Source: Planctomycetota bacterium (GTDB taxonomy: Bacteria > Planctomycetota > B15-G4). Taken from it: 64,000 bases of DNA. Below, in pieces: positions 1 to 9,448 of this stretch. Position numbers and translations under genes: made by a program. Location: contig CBDFJQ010000002.1 of the NCBI GenBank assembly GCA_965248575.1, positions 2,240,001 to 2,304,000 of the forward strand. The letters run 5' to 3'. Numbering within the stretch: position 1 is the stretch's first letter; each line of letters begins with the position of its first letter. A model generated the notes under the pieces. It saw only the letters and a list, made by a program, of their open reading frames with translations. It was not told the DNA's origin and did no database searches.

Positions 1-142
1 CCAGGTTGCCGGGCAGCAGGGTCTTGCGCAGCCCCACCGCAGCCTCCCCCAGATAGGACACCGGCAGGTGGATCCACATGATCAGCAGCACCGCGATCGC
101 GCGGATGCCGTCGAGCTCGGGGATGTGGTCCTTCTTGCACAT
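1..142 (-). CDS. Acyltransferase-3 (OafA/YrhL-like) family protein, N-terminal part, runs off the window edge
   Basis: Manual translation of the reverse strand from ATG at 142: MCKKDHIPELDGIRAIAVLLIMWIH; LDGIRAIA..H is the typical N-terminal motif of this family. Not in the ORF track. Confidence 0.8.
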   Translation of the reverse strand, partial: MCKKDHIPELDGIRAIAVLLIMWIHLPVSYLGEAAVGLRKTLLPGNL

Positions 143-287
143 GGCAGCCGCGCCCCGGTGATCCAGGGCGCTCACTCTCCCAAGATCGGAAGCTGCGGGA
201 AACCACGTTCGTCCATTCCGCAGGTTCCTCCCTCGGGGGGCTGACGTGTGTGGCAGGTCGGCTGTCGGCCGGCAGGCCGAGACGCCG

Positions 288-3200
288 TTACGGCAGGAAG
301 TCCACCGCCACCGCGTTGCTGAACGCATAGCCGGCGGGCTGGGCGCCGTCAGGGTAGACCGCCTGCACGTAGACCCGAAGCGGACCGATGCCCCCATCGA
401 TGGGAGACTGCGTGAATGCGCCGTTGCCATCGAACGAGATGGGCACCAGCGTCAGCCACGGCACGGGCACCAGGCTGCCGGCAAAGACGGGCGCGGGGCT
501 TGCGTCCAAACCGACCGCGACCCAGCCGAATGCGAATGGCAGACCGCCGACGATGCTCAGTTCGGCGCTGGTGCCGCTGGACAGATCACCACCGCACACC
601 GACAGGGTGGCACTGCCCGGGCCGTGATGGCCGAGGTCGGTCTGGCACACGGTGGGACTGTTGGGCGCGTTCGGCGTCGGCATGGGCTCCACGACCCAGG
701 GGCCCAAGCCGTCGATCTCTCGGGCGGAGGACACGTCGGCCACCTGGGGGCCGAAGATCACAGCGTCCACTCGGCCGCCGCCCATGGCCGGTGACCCGAA
801 CAACGCCAACGCCTCACCCTGGGAGCTCAGCTTGAAGTCCATGTGCATCGGACCCTGCTCGTCGTCCTTGTCGGCCCACAGCAGCACGCTGCCGCCAGCC
901 GGGGCGATCACGCCATTGGGCACGGTCCACTGCGTCGGGTCCATCAGGTCGTCGGTCAGGGTCATGCCGCCCATGTCCACCGGCAGCGAGCCGGCATTGA
1001 AGACCTCCACCCAGTCGTCGTACTCGCCCCACTCGTCCTGGACGGTCGACTCGTTGTCCGCCATGAACTCGTTCAGCACGAGTTCGGTGCCGACCGCGAA
1101 GGTGGCGCGGGTCAACGCGCTCCAGGTGCTGCCGTCGTGTGCGCGAGCCAGCACGTCCATGGGGGTCTCGAGCGTGATCGGGCCGTCGTAGGTCATGGCG
1201 ACAGGGTTCACGGCGCCCAACGACAGGCGCGGATCGCTGCCGTCGACCGTGTAGCGGATGAAGCCCGATGGCGCATCCATGGTGAGGCCCCAGCCCACCG
1301 GCACGCCGCCGCCGTCGCGGCTGAACGTCGGCGCGTCGAGCTCCGGATAGTAGCCCGCGTTGCGCAGTCGGGCCTTGAGCACGCCCGAGCGAACCGGGAA
1401 GAACTCATTCATCAGGCGGTCCTTCTCGATGTGCCAGTCGTCCGGCGTGAAGAAGAAGACGTTGTCGTTGATCCAGTAGTTGCCCCAGCGCGCGTACTCC
1501 AGGGCGACGCTGCCGATGGCGTCGTCGACCAGACGCTGGTAGAGGGCGGCGGGTCGGTTGCGATCGGGGAAGGCCGGGTCGTAGACCGTGCCGGGCGCCT
1601 CATGATCGGGGTCGACCCACAGCGGACCGAAGCGGCTCATGTGGGCCTGGGCGCGATCGGCGATCAGCATCAGGAAGTCGGGATGGTCGGCTAGGGCCGT
1701 GATCCAGCTGGACACGTTGACGATCCCGTTGCTCGTCACCAGCGTGTTGTCGCCGCCATCACCCACGGAGGTGACCCCGGCGCCCCAGCCCAGGCTGACC
1801 TCGGCATCCCACACGTGGAAGACGAACTTCCCGTCCGGGTTGACGTCGCCGAAGTCGGCGCTGAGCCGGTGGTGAATGGTGGCCATCCAGTTGTTCTGCG
1901 GCCAGTCGCCGGTGCCCGAGTAGTAGTTGGCCAGCATGTAGTCGGCGTAGTTGGACACATCGAAGATGGCCGAGAGGGCGTCGTAGGCGGGCTGGCCGCC
2001 GTAGTTCAGCCCCGGAGCCAGGCCGGTGGCCCGGATGTCGTTGACGATCTTCCAGGCGCCGGGACTCGGGTTGGCCAGGTTGTCGTTGTTTCCCTCCTTC
2101 ACGACGCCCTGCTTGATCCAATCGTATTCGACGTCTTCGCCGCCGCCGTAGTCCGCTCCGAAGTCTTCGTCGGGGCGCTCGTGCAGGTTGTACACGCCCC
2201 AGTACAGGCCGTTGAGGTACACGTGCACCTTGCGCGTGTGCACCGACGGCCCGCCCATGGCCAGCTGCAGATCGGACACGAAGGGGTCGCGCAGTTCCTG
2301 GGCGTGCACCTTGGTCGTGTCACCGGCCTTGCCGTTGATGGAGTACTGGTTGCCCGCATCGAGGATGAGCGTGTCGAAGGACTCGACGGCCGAGCCGTCG
2401 TCGAAGACCTCGAAGTTGAACTTCGACGGGCCGTGGACCTTCTTGAACTTGAGCTTGAGCGAGAGCTGGGAGCGCCATTGCGGACCGACGCTCGAGCTCC
2501 CCTGCGCCTCGAGGCCGCAGTCGATCTGGGTGGAGTCGCCGCCGGGATCGATCCACTCCATGGAGATGGTGGGCTGCCAGTCCTCCTCGGAGTTCACGTA
2601 CAGGCCGAAGGGGCCGTCCGGTGGCACGTAGGAGAACCACCCGTCCTGGGCCATGACCAGTGAGAGGCTGGGTACCGAGCGCAGCATGTCCCGCAGCTCC
2701 TGCTGCGTGTACATCGCGAGGATGTCGGGGTGCAGGCCGTAGAGCGCGCCGGGGTGGGTGCCGCCGTTGGCCGCGGCCCAGTCCACGCCGTCCTTGTCGA
2801 TCCAGGCCGCAGGAAAGCCGTCGGCCAAGGCGCTCGCGTGGGTCTGGGACAAGACGTCGTCGTCAAAGAGCAAGGTGTGGGTCTCGGTCACGGAGCCGAA
2901 GCCGTCCATGAACGCACGGGCCCGCACGATGGTCGTTTCCGACACGGCGAGTGGCGCGGTGTAGAGCGTGCCCAGGCCTTCGGTGGGCAGCGAGCCGTCG
3001 AGCGTGTAGTAGATGCTGGCGCCCGCCGTGGGCACCGACAGCGACAGCGCGAACGGCCCGTCGTGGAAGCCGCGCTCGTGGCTGAAGTCGACCCGCTCCA
3101 CAAGCTGCAAGCCGGCGCCGTTCGGCGCGCCCGGGGTGGGTGGATCGAAGTAGGCGAGTGTGCCGTTGATCTCGTCGAGGCCGAACGACACATCAGCCAT

Positions 3201-3695
3201 CTGCGGCGGAAACTCCGGGGCGTAGGAGTGGGCCACGGTGAAGCCGTCGGGCTCGGTCATCCCCAGGAACTCACCTCCGGAGCCGAGCTTGAAGTTCGTG
3301 TGCAGCTCGGCGCCAGCCAGTGCCCGGTCCTTGCTGGACGCGAACACCACCAGGTACGCGTCGGGCGCGAGGACCATGGACGGAAAAGTCCACTGCGTCA
3401 GGTCGGTCTCATCGTCGCTCAGGTGCCAGCCCCCGAGATTCAGCGGGAACGCGCTGTCGTTGTGGATCTCGAGCCAGTCGGAGAAGTCGCCGTCCTCGTC
3501 TTGCAAATTCGTGTCATTGCTGGCCAGCAGCTCCTTGATGAACGGCTTGCCGGACTGCGCGCACAGCGGCGCACCGAGCAGGGCGAGCCAGGCGACGAGC
3601 AGCGCTAGGCCCCGGCCGGCGTGGGCGGTGCCCGAACGGCGCAGTGGGCGGACGTCGAGCCACGAGTGCAGGCGAAATAACCGGATGCGAGCCAT
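288..3695 (-). CDS. Secreted CotH-kinase family protein with lamin-tail domains, Fn3-associated domains and shared C-terminal module (type B)
   Basis: AAGGAG RBS before ATG 3695; signal peptide; two lamin-tail motifs (ELLASN..DEDGDFSDWLEIHN; NEFMADN..DEWGEYDDWVEVFN); YYTLDGSLP and YTVDGSDP; CotH motifs YLNGLYWGVYNLHER, DWPQNNW, WDAE. Confidence 0.9.
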   Translation of the reverse strand: MARIRLFRLHSWLDVRPLRRSGTAHAGRGLALLVAWLALLGAPLCAQSGKPFIKELLASNDTNLQDEDGDFSDWLEIHNDSAFPLNLGGWHLSDDETDLTQWTFPSMVLAPDAYLVVFASSKDRALAGAELHTNFKLGSGGEFLGMTEPDGFTVAHSYAPEFPPQMADVSFGLDEINGTLAYFDPPTPGAPNGAGLQLVERVDFSHERGFHDGPFALSLSVPTAGASIYYTLDGSLPTEGLGTLYTAPLAVSETTIVRARAFMDGFGSVTETHTLLFDDDVLSQTHASALADGFPAAWIDKDGVDWAAANGGTHPGALYGLHPDILAMYTQQELRDMLRSVPSLSLVMAQDGWFSYVPPDGPFGLYVNSEEDWQPTISMEWIDPGGDSTQIDCGLEAQGSSSVGPQWRSQLSLKLKFKKVHGPSKFNFEVFDDGSAVESFDTLILDAGNQYSINGKAGDTTKVHAQELRDPFVSDLQLAMGGPSVHTRKVHVYLNGLYWGVYNLHERPDEDFGADYGGGEDVEYDWIKQGVVKEGNNDNLANPSPGAWKIVNDIRATGLAPGLNYGGQPAYDALSAIFDVSNYADYMLANYYSGTGDWPQNNWMATIHHRLSADFGDVNPDGKFVFHVWDAEVSLGWGAGVTSVGDGGDNTLVTSNGIVNVSSWITALADHPDFLMLIADRAQAHMSRFGPLWVDPDHEAPGTVYDPAFPDRNRPAALYQRLVDDAIGSVALEYARWGNYWINDNVFFFTPDDWHIEKDRLMNEFFPVRSGVLKARLRNAGYYPELDAPTFSRDGGGVPVGWGLTMDAPSGFIRYTVDGSDPRLSLGAVNPVAMTYDGPITLETPMDVLARAHDGSTWSALTRATFAVGTELVLNEFMADNESTVQDEWGEYDDWVEVFNAGSLPVDMGGMTLTDDLMDPTQWTVPNGVIAPAGGSVLLWADKDDEQGPMHMDFKLSSQGEALALFGSPAMGGGRVDAVIFGPQVADVSSAREIDGLGPWVVEPMPTPNAPNSPTVCQTDLGHHGPGSATLSVCGGDLSSGTSAELSIVGGLPFAFGWVAVGLDASPAPVFAGSLVPVPWLTLVPISFDGNGAFTQSPIDGGIGPLRVYVQAVYPDGAQPAGYAFSNAVAVDFLP

Positions 3696-4321
3696 GGCAG
3701 CGCTCTCCTTCTTGATGATGCCCTGTGTTTCCCAAGCCACTCGTGCCGGTGGCCGAGAGTTGAGTCGGTGGTCAGCGGGCCCCCCCCGCTCCGACACGGC
3801 GATCATAAGCGGAAAAAGGCCCTTCGTGGGGCGGTTGTCTGACTGGTGCCCCCCAAGGACTCCATCCGAACCCAACTCCGAATTCAGGTGGAGGCAGGGC
3901 TTCAAAGAGGAGCAGTTCGCGCTCAGGTTCGAGTCCTCACCCGTACCGGTCATCACACCAGGCGAACCGACAACTTTCTCCAAGCCGTTTGGCCATTCAC
4001 CGGTGCACCCGACCAGCGAACAGAAAGCCAGTCCGTCTGACCGCACACCCGGGAACCACTGCGTGCGAGTGGAGCAAGCGCGGAGAGGTGTGGCGCGCGA
4101 GGCGGGGTAGTTCGGACGGGTGGACGGATATACACACAGGGCGGTGGCTGGGGCGGAGATGGCTAACAGGACCGGGACGGCGGTGGCGTCCTATCCAGAA
4201 ACACGGCCGACGGGCATCTCGACTCGTCGTCCTTCAGTGGTTCGTTAGGAACGAGACCGTCGACGGATTCGACACCTGCAACGAGAAACCCCGCCCGAGC
4301 AGCCCACTGCCTTGGACCGAC

Positions 4322-5158
4322 CTACGGCAAGACCTCGAGTTGCACAGCATTCGAGAGGCCGTAGCCGAAGGGCTGCACCGGGTCCACGACCACGGCTTGC
4401 AGAAAGGCCGTGACCGGACCCCCTCCGCCACCCACCCCCGAAAGGAGCAGGTTCCCCGAGCCGTCGGTGGGGTAGGCCATCAGCCTTTGAATCGGCAGGG
4501 GGACGATGAGCCCACCTGCGAAGGGCGTCGGTGTCTTGCTCAGCCCCAAGACCAGGTAGGCGGTGGTGTTCGCGGGCGCCCCGGAGAGCACCACGTCCAC
4601 CGTGCCTCCGGCCTGCAGGGGGTCGCCGCAAACCGAGAGTGCGCTGCGGCCTGGCCCGCCGAAGCCCAGGTTGACCTGGCACACGGACCCCTGCTCTGAC
4701 GTGAATGTGAACTGCGAGAAATCGGCGATGCCCGGCAGATTCCAGCAGTCGAGGGAGTACACACCGAGGCCGAAGCGCTGCCCCGCCTGTACGTCGAAGC
4801 CAATGGGCGCACTGAAGGGGAAGGACGTGCCGACGTCCCCGATGATCGTGCGCACACCGTCGATGTAGATGGCAGGAAAGTCCCAGTGGTACCCGATGTC
4901 GAGGTTGTCCCAGACGAGGAAGGCCTCGATGGTGCCGTCCTGCGTCGCGACGGCCTCGTAGTAGAGGTCTTGGAGACCGCCTGGACACGAAATGCCTGGC
5001 CCATCCAGGCCAACGATGTGCATGTCGGTGTCGGTGAGCGTCGCCGAGCCACCTGGCGGACCCACGAGCGTCCACTCAAACAGGCTGAACTGCCCGCTAG
5101 CAGCCGGCCCCAAGGTCGCGAGCAGTACGAGGGAATTGAGCAGTTTCCGAATCGCCAT
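4322..5158 (-). CDS. Secreted hypothetical protein with shared C-terminal module (type B)
   Basis: GGAG RBS, signal peptide MAIRKLLNSLVLLATLGPAASG; last 119 aa align without gaps to the C-terminus of 288..3695. Confidence 0.85.
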   Translation of the reverse strand: MAIRKLLNSLVLLATLGPAASGQFSLFEWTLVGPPGGSATLTDTDMHIVGLDGPGISCPGGLQDLYYEAVATQDGTIEAFLVWDNLDIGYHWDFPAIYIDGVRTIIGDVGTSFPFSAPIGFDVQAGQRFGLGVYSLDCWNLPGIADFSQFTFTSEQGSVCQVNLGFGGPGRSALSVCGDPLQAGGTVDVVLSGAPANTTAYLVLGLSKTPTPFAGGLIVPLPIQRLMAYPTDGSGNLLLSGVGGGGGPVTAFLQAVVVDPVQPFGYGLSNAVQLEVLP

Positions 5159-5309
5159 GGCCTGGTCTCCCAAAGAGAACTGCCGGCGAACCCACTCTCA
5201 AAGAGATGACACGACACACGAGCCGACACGAATCGCCGAGAGCGGCCACATGGGACGTCGAGTCTACGCCACGCAAGCCATCTCGTCAGCCATGGCCGTG
5301 CCGTTGGGT

Positions 5310-5367
5310 CGGTCCGCCTCCCCGATCCTGCTCGTTGGCCAGCACACCATGGGTTTTCGATTTGTGG
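5310..5367. repeat. Dispersed ~58 bp intergenic repeat, copy 1
   Basis: Aligns to 16478..16533 at 46 of 59 columns by hand (shared ccgcct-cccgatc, gttggcca, cac, accatgggtt, cga). Confidence 0.6.
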
Positions 5368-5507
5368 CGCGCCCGCCATGGGCGCCAACGTGGCCGTCCA
5401 GGCGCGCCGTGAGGCCCGAGACGAAGGCGTGTGTCGAACCGTCGGGCTGCAGCGGTCGGACCCGTACGCCCCCGTGCCCGGCACGTCGCACGCAGCGGCG
5501 CCCACGA

Positions 5508-7469
5508 CTAAGGAGCCGTCGCCCTCTCCCCATTCGACAACGTGATCCCCGCCAGCACCGACACGTCCTGCACCAGGAACTGCAGTGTCAGCTCCGTGCC
5601 CGCGGGGACGCCCGGCGGCCAGAGCCCACCCTCGCTGAAGCTGCCGGCGCCGTCACTCACGCGCAGGAACTGCAGGTCATAGGGCGTGGCGTGCAGCGTG
5701 CCGCCGAACACGGCGATGGGCGTCGGGTCGAAGGCCAACCAGGCGAGCATCAAAACACTGGGCGGCGCGTTCGTGAGGTCGATCTGGAAGGCCGTCCCGG
5801 GGACCAGCGTGCCGGTGGCGTTGAGCGTCGGCAGTCCACCGACGCCAGGCGAGCCGCCGCCGAGGTTCGTCCAGTCGCCCGGCTCGGGGACACCTACCGT
5901 GAGCGAGAGCGTCGTCAGGTCGTGGGGACCGGCCCAGCCGATGCCCGCCGTGAACGAGAGCATCGAACCCGGCGTCGCCGCGGGGTCGATGGTCATGAGC
6001 AGCGGCGCGCCGGTGTTGTCGGCAGAGCTGAAAGGCGCCACGACACCGAGTGCTGAGACGCCGCTCGTCACCACCAGCTGCGCGTCACCGGAGACCAGCG
6101 TCGCGCTCGCGACCGCGGAGCCACGTCCGCTGTTGCGCGCGTCGACGATCACGCCGACGACCTCGCCCGGCTCGTGGTCGCCGTCTCCGTCGCCGAGGTC
6201 GACGAGCGTCACGCCCTGGTTCCGCACGTAGGGTCCCGCGGCCAGCGCCGTCGTCTGGAAGCCCCCGAACACGCTGGTCGCCAGCGGGATCAGCGCCCCG
6301 ATGGGCGGCCAGAAACCCTGCTGCGAGCTGCCGATCTCCGGCGTCCACGAGAAGGTGTCGTGCGGGCCGTAGTCCTGGTCGATGGTGACGCCGTTGCTCG
6401 GGTAGAGCAGCCCGTACCACGGGTCGTAGGGAAAGCCGCTCACCACCGTGGCCAGCGCGCCGATCTCCTGCAGGGCCGCGTGGTCGGAAGGCAGCGAGGG
6501 GGTGAAGGCCCAAGGCGCCAACCAGTAGTTGGAGTAGGAGTGGCACGAGAGCGCCGTACGGAAGCTGCGCGCCGTGAAGAAGGCCACCATCGCGGCGATC
6601 TCCGGCTCGCTCGCCGGCCCCGTACCGCGATAGGTGCCCGAACCGGGCGACGGACTCGAACCCACATTGTCGAAGCCCCAACGGAACGGGTAATTGCGGT
6701 TGAGGTCGACGCCGAAACTGCCGCCCCCATTGTCGCGCCGGTTCTTGCGCCACATGCCGCCGCCGTTCGGGTTGGTGGTCTGGTTGTAGACGTAGCCGTC
6801 GGGGTTCACCACCGGCACGAACCACGTCTCGCGCTCGTCCACCAGGTAGGTGGCCAGCGGGTCGGTGCCGTAGCCCTCCAACAGCCACACCATGTAGTAG
6901 AGCGTTGACTCCATGCTCATCGGTTCACGCGCATGGTGCAGCGCGTCGAAGCGAACCTCCGGTTCGTTCTCGTCCGTGCCTGGGTTGTCGCTGATCTTCA
7001 CCGCCCACAGGTCGCGGCCTTCGATGGACGTCCCGAGGCTGACGCGCGCCGTCATGATCTGCGGATACGCCGCCGACAACTGGTCCAGGATGGCCACGAC
7101 CTCGAGATAGGTGTGGTAGCCGCCCATGCCGCCCTGCCCGAAGCCGGGCGCGATGGACCCGCCCACCGCGCCCAAGGGCTGCTGCGATGGCACGAGCCGC
7201 TCGGCGTAGTGCGTCTCGAGATCCGCGATGGTGACGGTGTACGACACGCTACTTGCGTCGAGGATCGCGAGCTCGCGATCCTGCGCAACCAGCTCGACGC
7301 CGCTGCCATCCGGCGTCGGGCCGACGAGGTCGAGATCAAGGCCCGCGAGCGCCGCAGCCGATGGGCCGGCGGTGTGCACCACGACGAGCCGATACGGATC
7401 CGGCGCATCCTGCGGCGCGGGGAGAGCGGATGCGGACAGCAAGGCAACGGCGAGGAGGAATGTCGTCAT
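5508..7469 (-). CDS. M14 zinc carboxypeptidase (carboxypeptidase T-like), secreted, with shared C-terminal module (type A)
   Basis: Signal peptide; HHARE zinc motif, NPDGY, WRKNR, GVDLNRNY, SEPE, HSY, TPEIG. Confidence 0.92.
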   Translation of the reverse strand: MTTFLLAVALLSASALPAPQDAPDPYRLVVVHTAGPSAAALAGLDLDLVGPTPDGSGVELVAQDRELAILDASSVSYTVTIADLETHYAERLVPSQQPLGAVGGSIAPGFGQGGMGGYHTYLEVVAILDQLSAAYPQIMTARVSLGTSIEGRDLWAVKISDNPGTDENEPEVRFDALHHAREPMSMESTLYYMVWLLEGYGTDPLATYLVDERETWFVPVVNPDGYVYNQTTNPNGGGMWRKNRRDNGGGSFGVDLNRNYPFRWGFDNVGSSPSPGSGTYRGTGPASEPEIAAMVAFFTARSFRTALSCHSYSNYWLAPWAFTPSLPSDHAALQEIGALATVVSGFPYDPWYGLLYPSNGVTIDQDYGPHDTFSWTPEIGSSQQGFWPPIGALIPLATSVFGGFQTTALAAGPYVRNQGVTLVDLGDGDGDHEPGEVVGVIVDARNSGRGSAVASATLVSGDAQLVVTSGVSALGVVAPFSSADNTGAPLLMTIDPAATPGSMLSFTAGIGWAGPHDLTTLSLTVGVPEPGDWTNLGGGSPGVGGLPTLNATGTLVPGTAFQIDLTNAPPSVLMLAWLAFDPTPIAVFGGTLHATPYDLQFLRVSDGAGSFSEGGLWPPGVPAGTELTLQFLVQDVSVLAGITLSNGERATAP

Positions 7470-7602
7470 GCGCCCGATCATGGCACAGGTCGTGGAGGTC
7501 GGTGGCGAGACATCAGCGCCACGCCCGCAACCCCGGACACGGCCGCTGATTGGATCGGAGGCACCATGGCCGCCCCGCTGCACCGGGAAATCCGCATCCT
7601 GC

Positions 7603-7726
7603 TCGCTTCACATCGTGCTTCAGGACAGCGAGCTGGTGGCGGAACGAAGGCTCTCGACGACCAGGTGTTGGCGCGTTCGAAGCGAGGCCTGCTGAAGACC
7701 CGCAAGAAAACCGGCGCCGTGGCGCA
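7603..7726 (-). mobile_element. Degenerate N-terminal fragment of an integrase-core (rve) type transposase
   Basis: Reverse strand with frameshifts reads QASLRTRQHLVVESL(A)FRHQLAVLKHDVKR, matching the LxxENLALRHQLAVLKR start of this IS family. Confidence 0.65.
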
Positions 7727-7918
7727 GAAACCCTGCGCCGAGCGCTTGGATCGAGACACAGGAGGCGAGTGCGCGACGAGTACCAACGGCGCTCTCTGGC
7801 TGAGTGGGGATGGCTTCTCGCTTTCCCCTGCGGCGCTGGTTACTGCTTGCCCGAAGGGCTGTACTCAACGTGCCCTCGGAGTGCTCCATGGTGAACCACC
7901 TGCCGCGGTGCAGGCTGC

Positions 7919-8029
7919 CCCCCCCTGACCGTCGCGTTCCAGGATGCCTCGTCGGGTCTCGGCGCCATGAGCACCTGGCCATGGGACTTCGGCGACGGCT
8001 CGCGCTCGTCGCAGCGTGCCTCAGCCCAC
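7919..8029 (+). pseudogene. Isolated PKD-domain remnant
   Basis: In-frame PLTVAFQDASSGLGAMSTWPWDFGDGSRSSQRASAH matches the PKD pattern PLTVxFxDxS..WxWDFGDG..S...H; no plausible full gene around it. Confidence 0.7.
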
Positions 8030-8168
8030 CAAGAATTCTTGATCACTTCAGATTTGCGTGCATCGAGTCGCCCCCTGCCGACACACACGCTCGTAGCCCG
8101 AGGTTCCCATTCATACAGGGAGTGGGAACACTTTGTGCCTGCCCGAATCCCTCTCACGGAGTCCCACC

Positions 8169-9395
8169 ATGAGTGCAGCACTCGTCCTCCTCGTGCTTTG
8201 CACGACGGTCCAAGCCGACGTCCTTTTTCTTGCCGAGAGCGGTGGGACCCACTCGGACATCCAGCAGGCCATCGACGACGCCTCCGACGGCGACATCCTG
8301 GTCCTGGCCGAGGACTTTGTCGTCGACCTGATCCCAATTATCAATCCACCCGTGACGATCAGTGGCAAGGGCCTGACCATCGTCGGCAAGGGCGGCACCC
8401 AGTACCCCACAATGCCACCCCTGCTGGTCACAGATCTTCCCGCCGGCAGTTCCATCGTCCTGCGACACCTCTTCTTTGACCAAGTGGCCGGCCCACCCGG
8501 TGACGCCCTCCTGTCCATCCGCGACTGCGCCGGCACCGTGATCGTTGAGGAATGCCTGATCGGCGACCCTGCCGTCGCCGGCACGTACCCGGATTTTCCC
8601 ACGATACGCGTTGATGGCTCAGCCAATGTCTCCGTCGCGCGCTCACAGATTCTTGGTGGCAATGGACCCTACGACCTGTTCGGGTTCTCGCCCATGCAGG
8701 ACGGTGAGAACGGAGTCAAGGTGACCGACTCACGGCTCACGCTGAACAGCGTGTTCATCCGCGGCGGCTTTGGTGGCAGTGATCTGTTTACGACGAACCC
8801 GGAGCCAGGAGGCGATGGCGCCCACGGCCTGTCCATCAGCAACTCGGAGGTCTGGCTGATCGGCTCCACGGTCTTGGGCGGCAGTTTTGGCACGGGATCC
8901 CAGGACGGCCTCTCCGCCGCGGCCCTGCATCTCGACGGAGCCAGCACGATCCTGCGCGAGTTGGACAGTGAGTACATCGGAGGCACTGGTGCCATCGACA
9001 TTGACGTTCACGCCGGAACCCAGATCAGGTGGCTCGGTGAAGCTGTCACGCTCAAGGTCTCCAAGATGCGCGTCCCCGGTCAGACCGGCAAGGTCGAAGT
9101 GGACGGCCCCGCCCACACCCTGTTCGGGGCCTTCATCAGCTTCAGCCCGGGTTTCCTGCCAGTCCAGAATCTCCACGGCGTCCTGACGCTTGGTCTATCG
9201 ACACTCAGTGGCCCGATCTTCATCGCGACGATCCCGCCCACCGGCCACTTCGAGTTGGACTTCCCCGTCCAGGCCATCGGCGGCCTCGAGGGCTTCCTCA
9301 TGCTGGCCCAGGTGATCAGCGATCAAGGTCCAGCGGGCCTGGTGCTGAGCAACGCGAGCACCTACGTCCAGGTCGAGGTCCCCGTCCCCTTCTGA
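8169..9395 (+). CDS. Secreted Gly-rich, probable beta-helix protein with divergent C-terminal module
   Basis: GGAG RBS, short signal peptide, DIQQAIDDASDGDILVL (pectin-lyase-like N-cap), GGxGG repeats; paralogue of 30979..32313. Confidence 0.8.
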   Translation: MSAALVLLVLCTTVQADVLFLAESGGTHSDIQQAIDDASDGDILVLAEDFVVDLIPIINPPVTISGKGLTIVGKGGTQYPTMPPLLVTDLPAGSSIVLRHLFFDQVAGPPGDALLSIRDCAGTVIVEECLIGDPAVAGTYPDFPTIRVDGSANVSVARSQILGGNGPYDLFGFSPMQDGENGVKVTDSRLTLNSVFIRGGFGGSDLFTTNPEPGGDGAHGLSISNSEVWLIGSTVLGGSFGTGSQDGLSAAALHLDGASTILRELDSEYIGGTGAIDIDVHAGTQIRWLGEAVTLKVSKMRVPGQTGKVEVDGPAHTLFGAFISFSPGFLPVQNLHGVLTLGLSTLSGPIFIATIPPTGHFELDFPVQAIGGLEGFLMLAQVISDQGPAGLVLSNASTYVQVEVPVPF

Positions 9396-9448
9396 CTTGA
9401 TGCGCATGGGGTGAACCGCGAGCAGCAGCGGGAGCCACACCGCCCCGC

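Noticed and set aside
3922..3947. tRNA T-arm-like string caggttcgagtcctc
   Set aside because: Stem has a mismatch and no acceptor, D or anticodon arm can be built; not a tRNA and too weak to call an att remnant.
3696..4046. Long N-terminal extension of ORF 288..4046
   Set aside because: RBS and signal peptide point to ATG 3695; extension is not protein-like.
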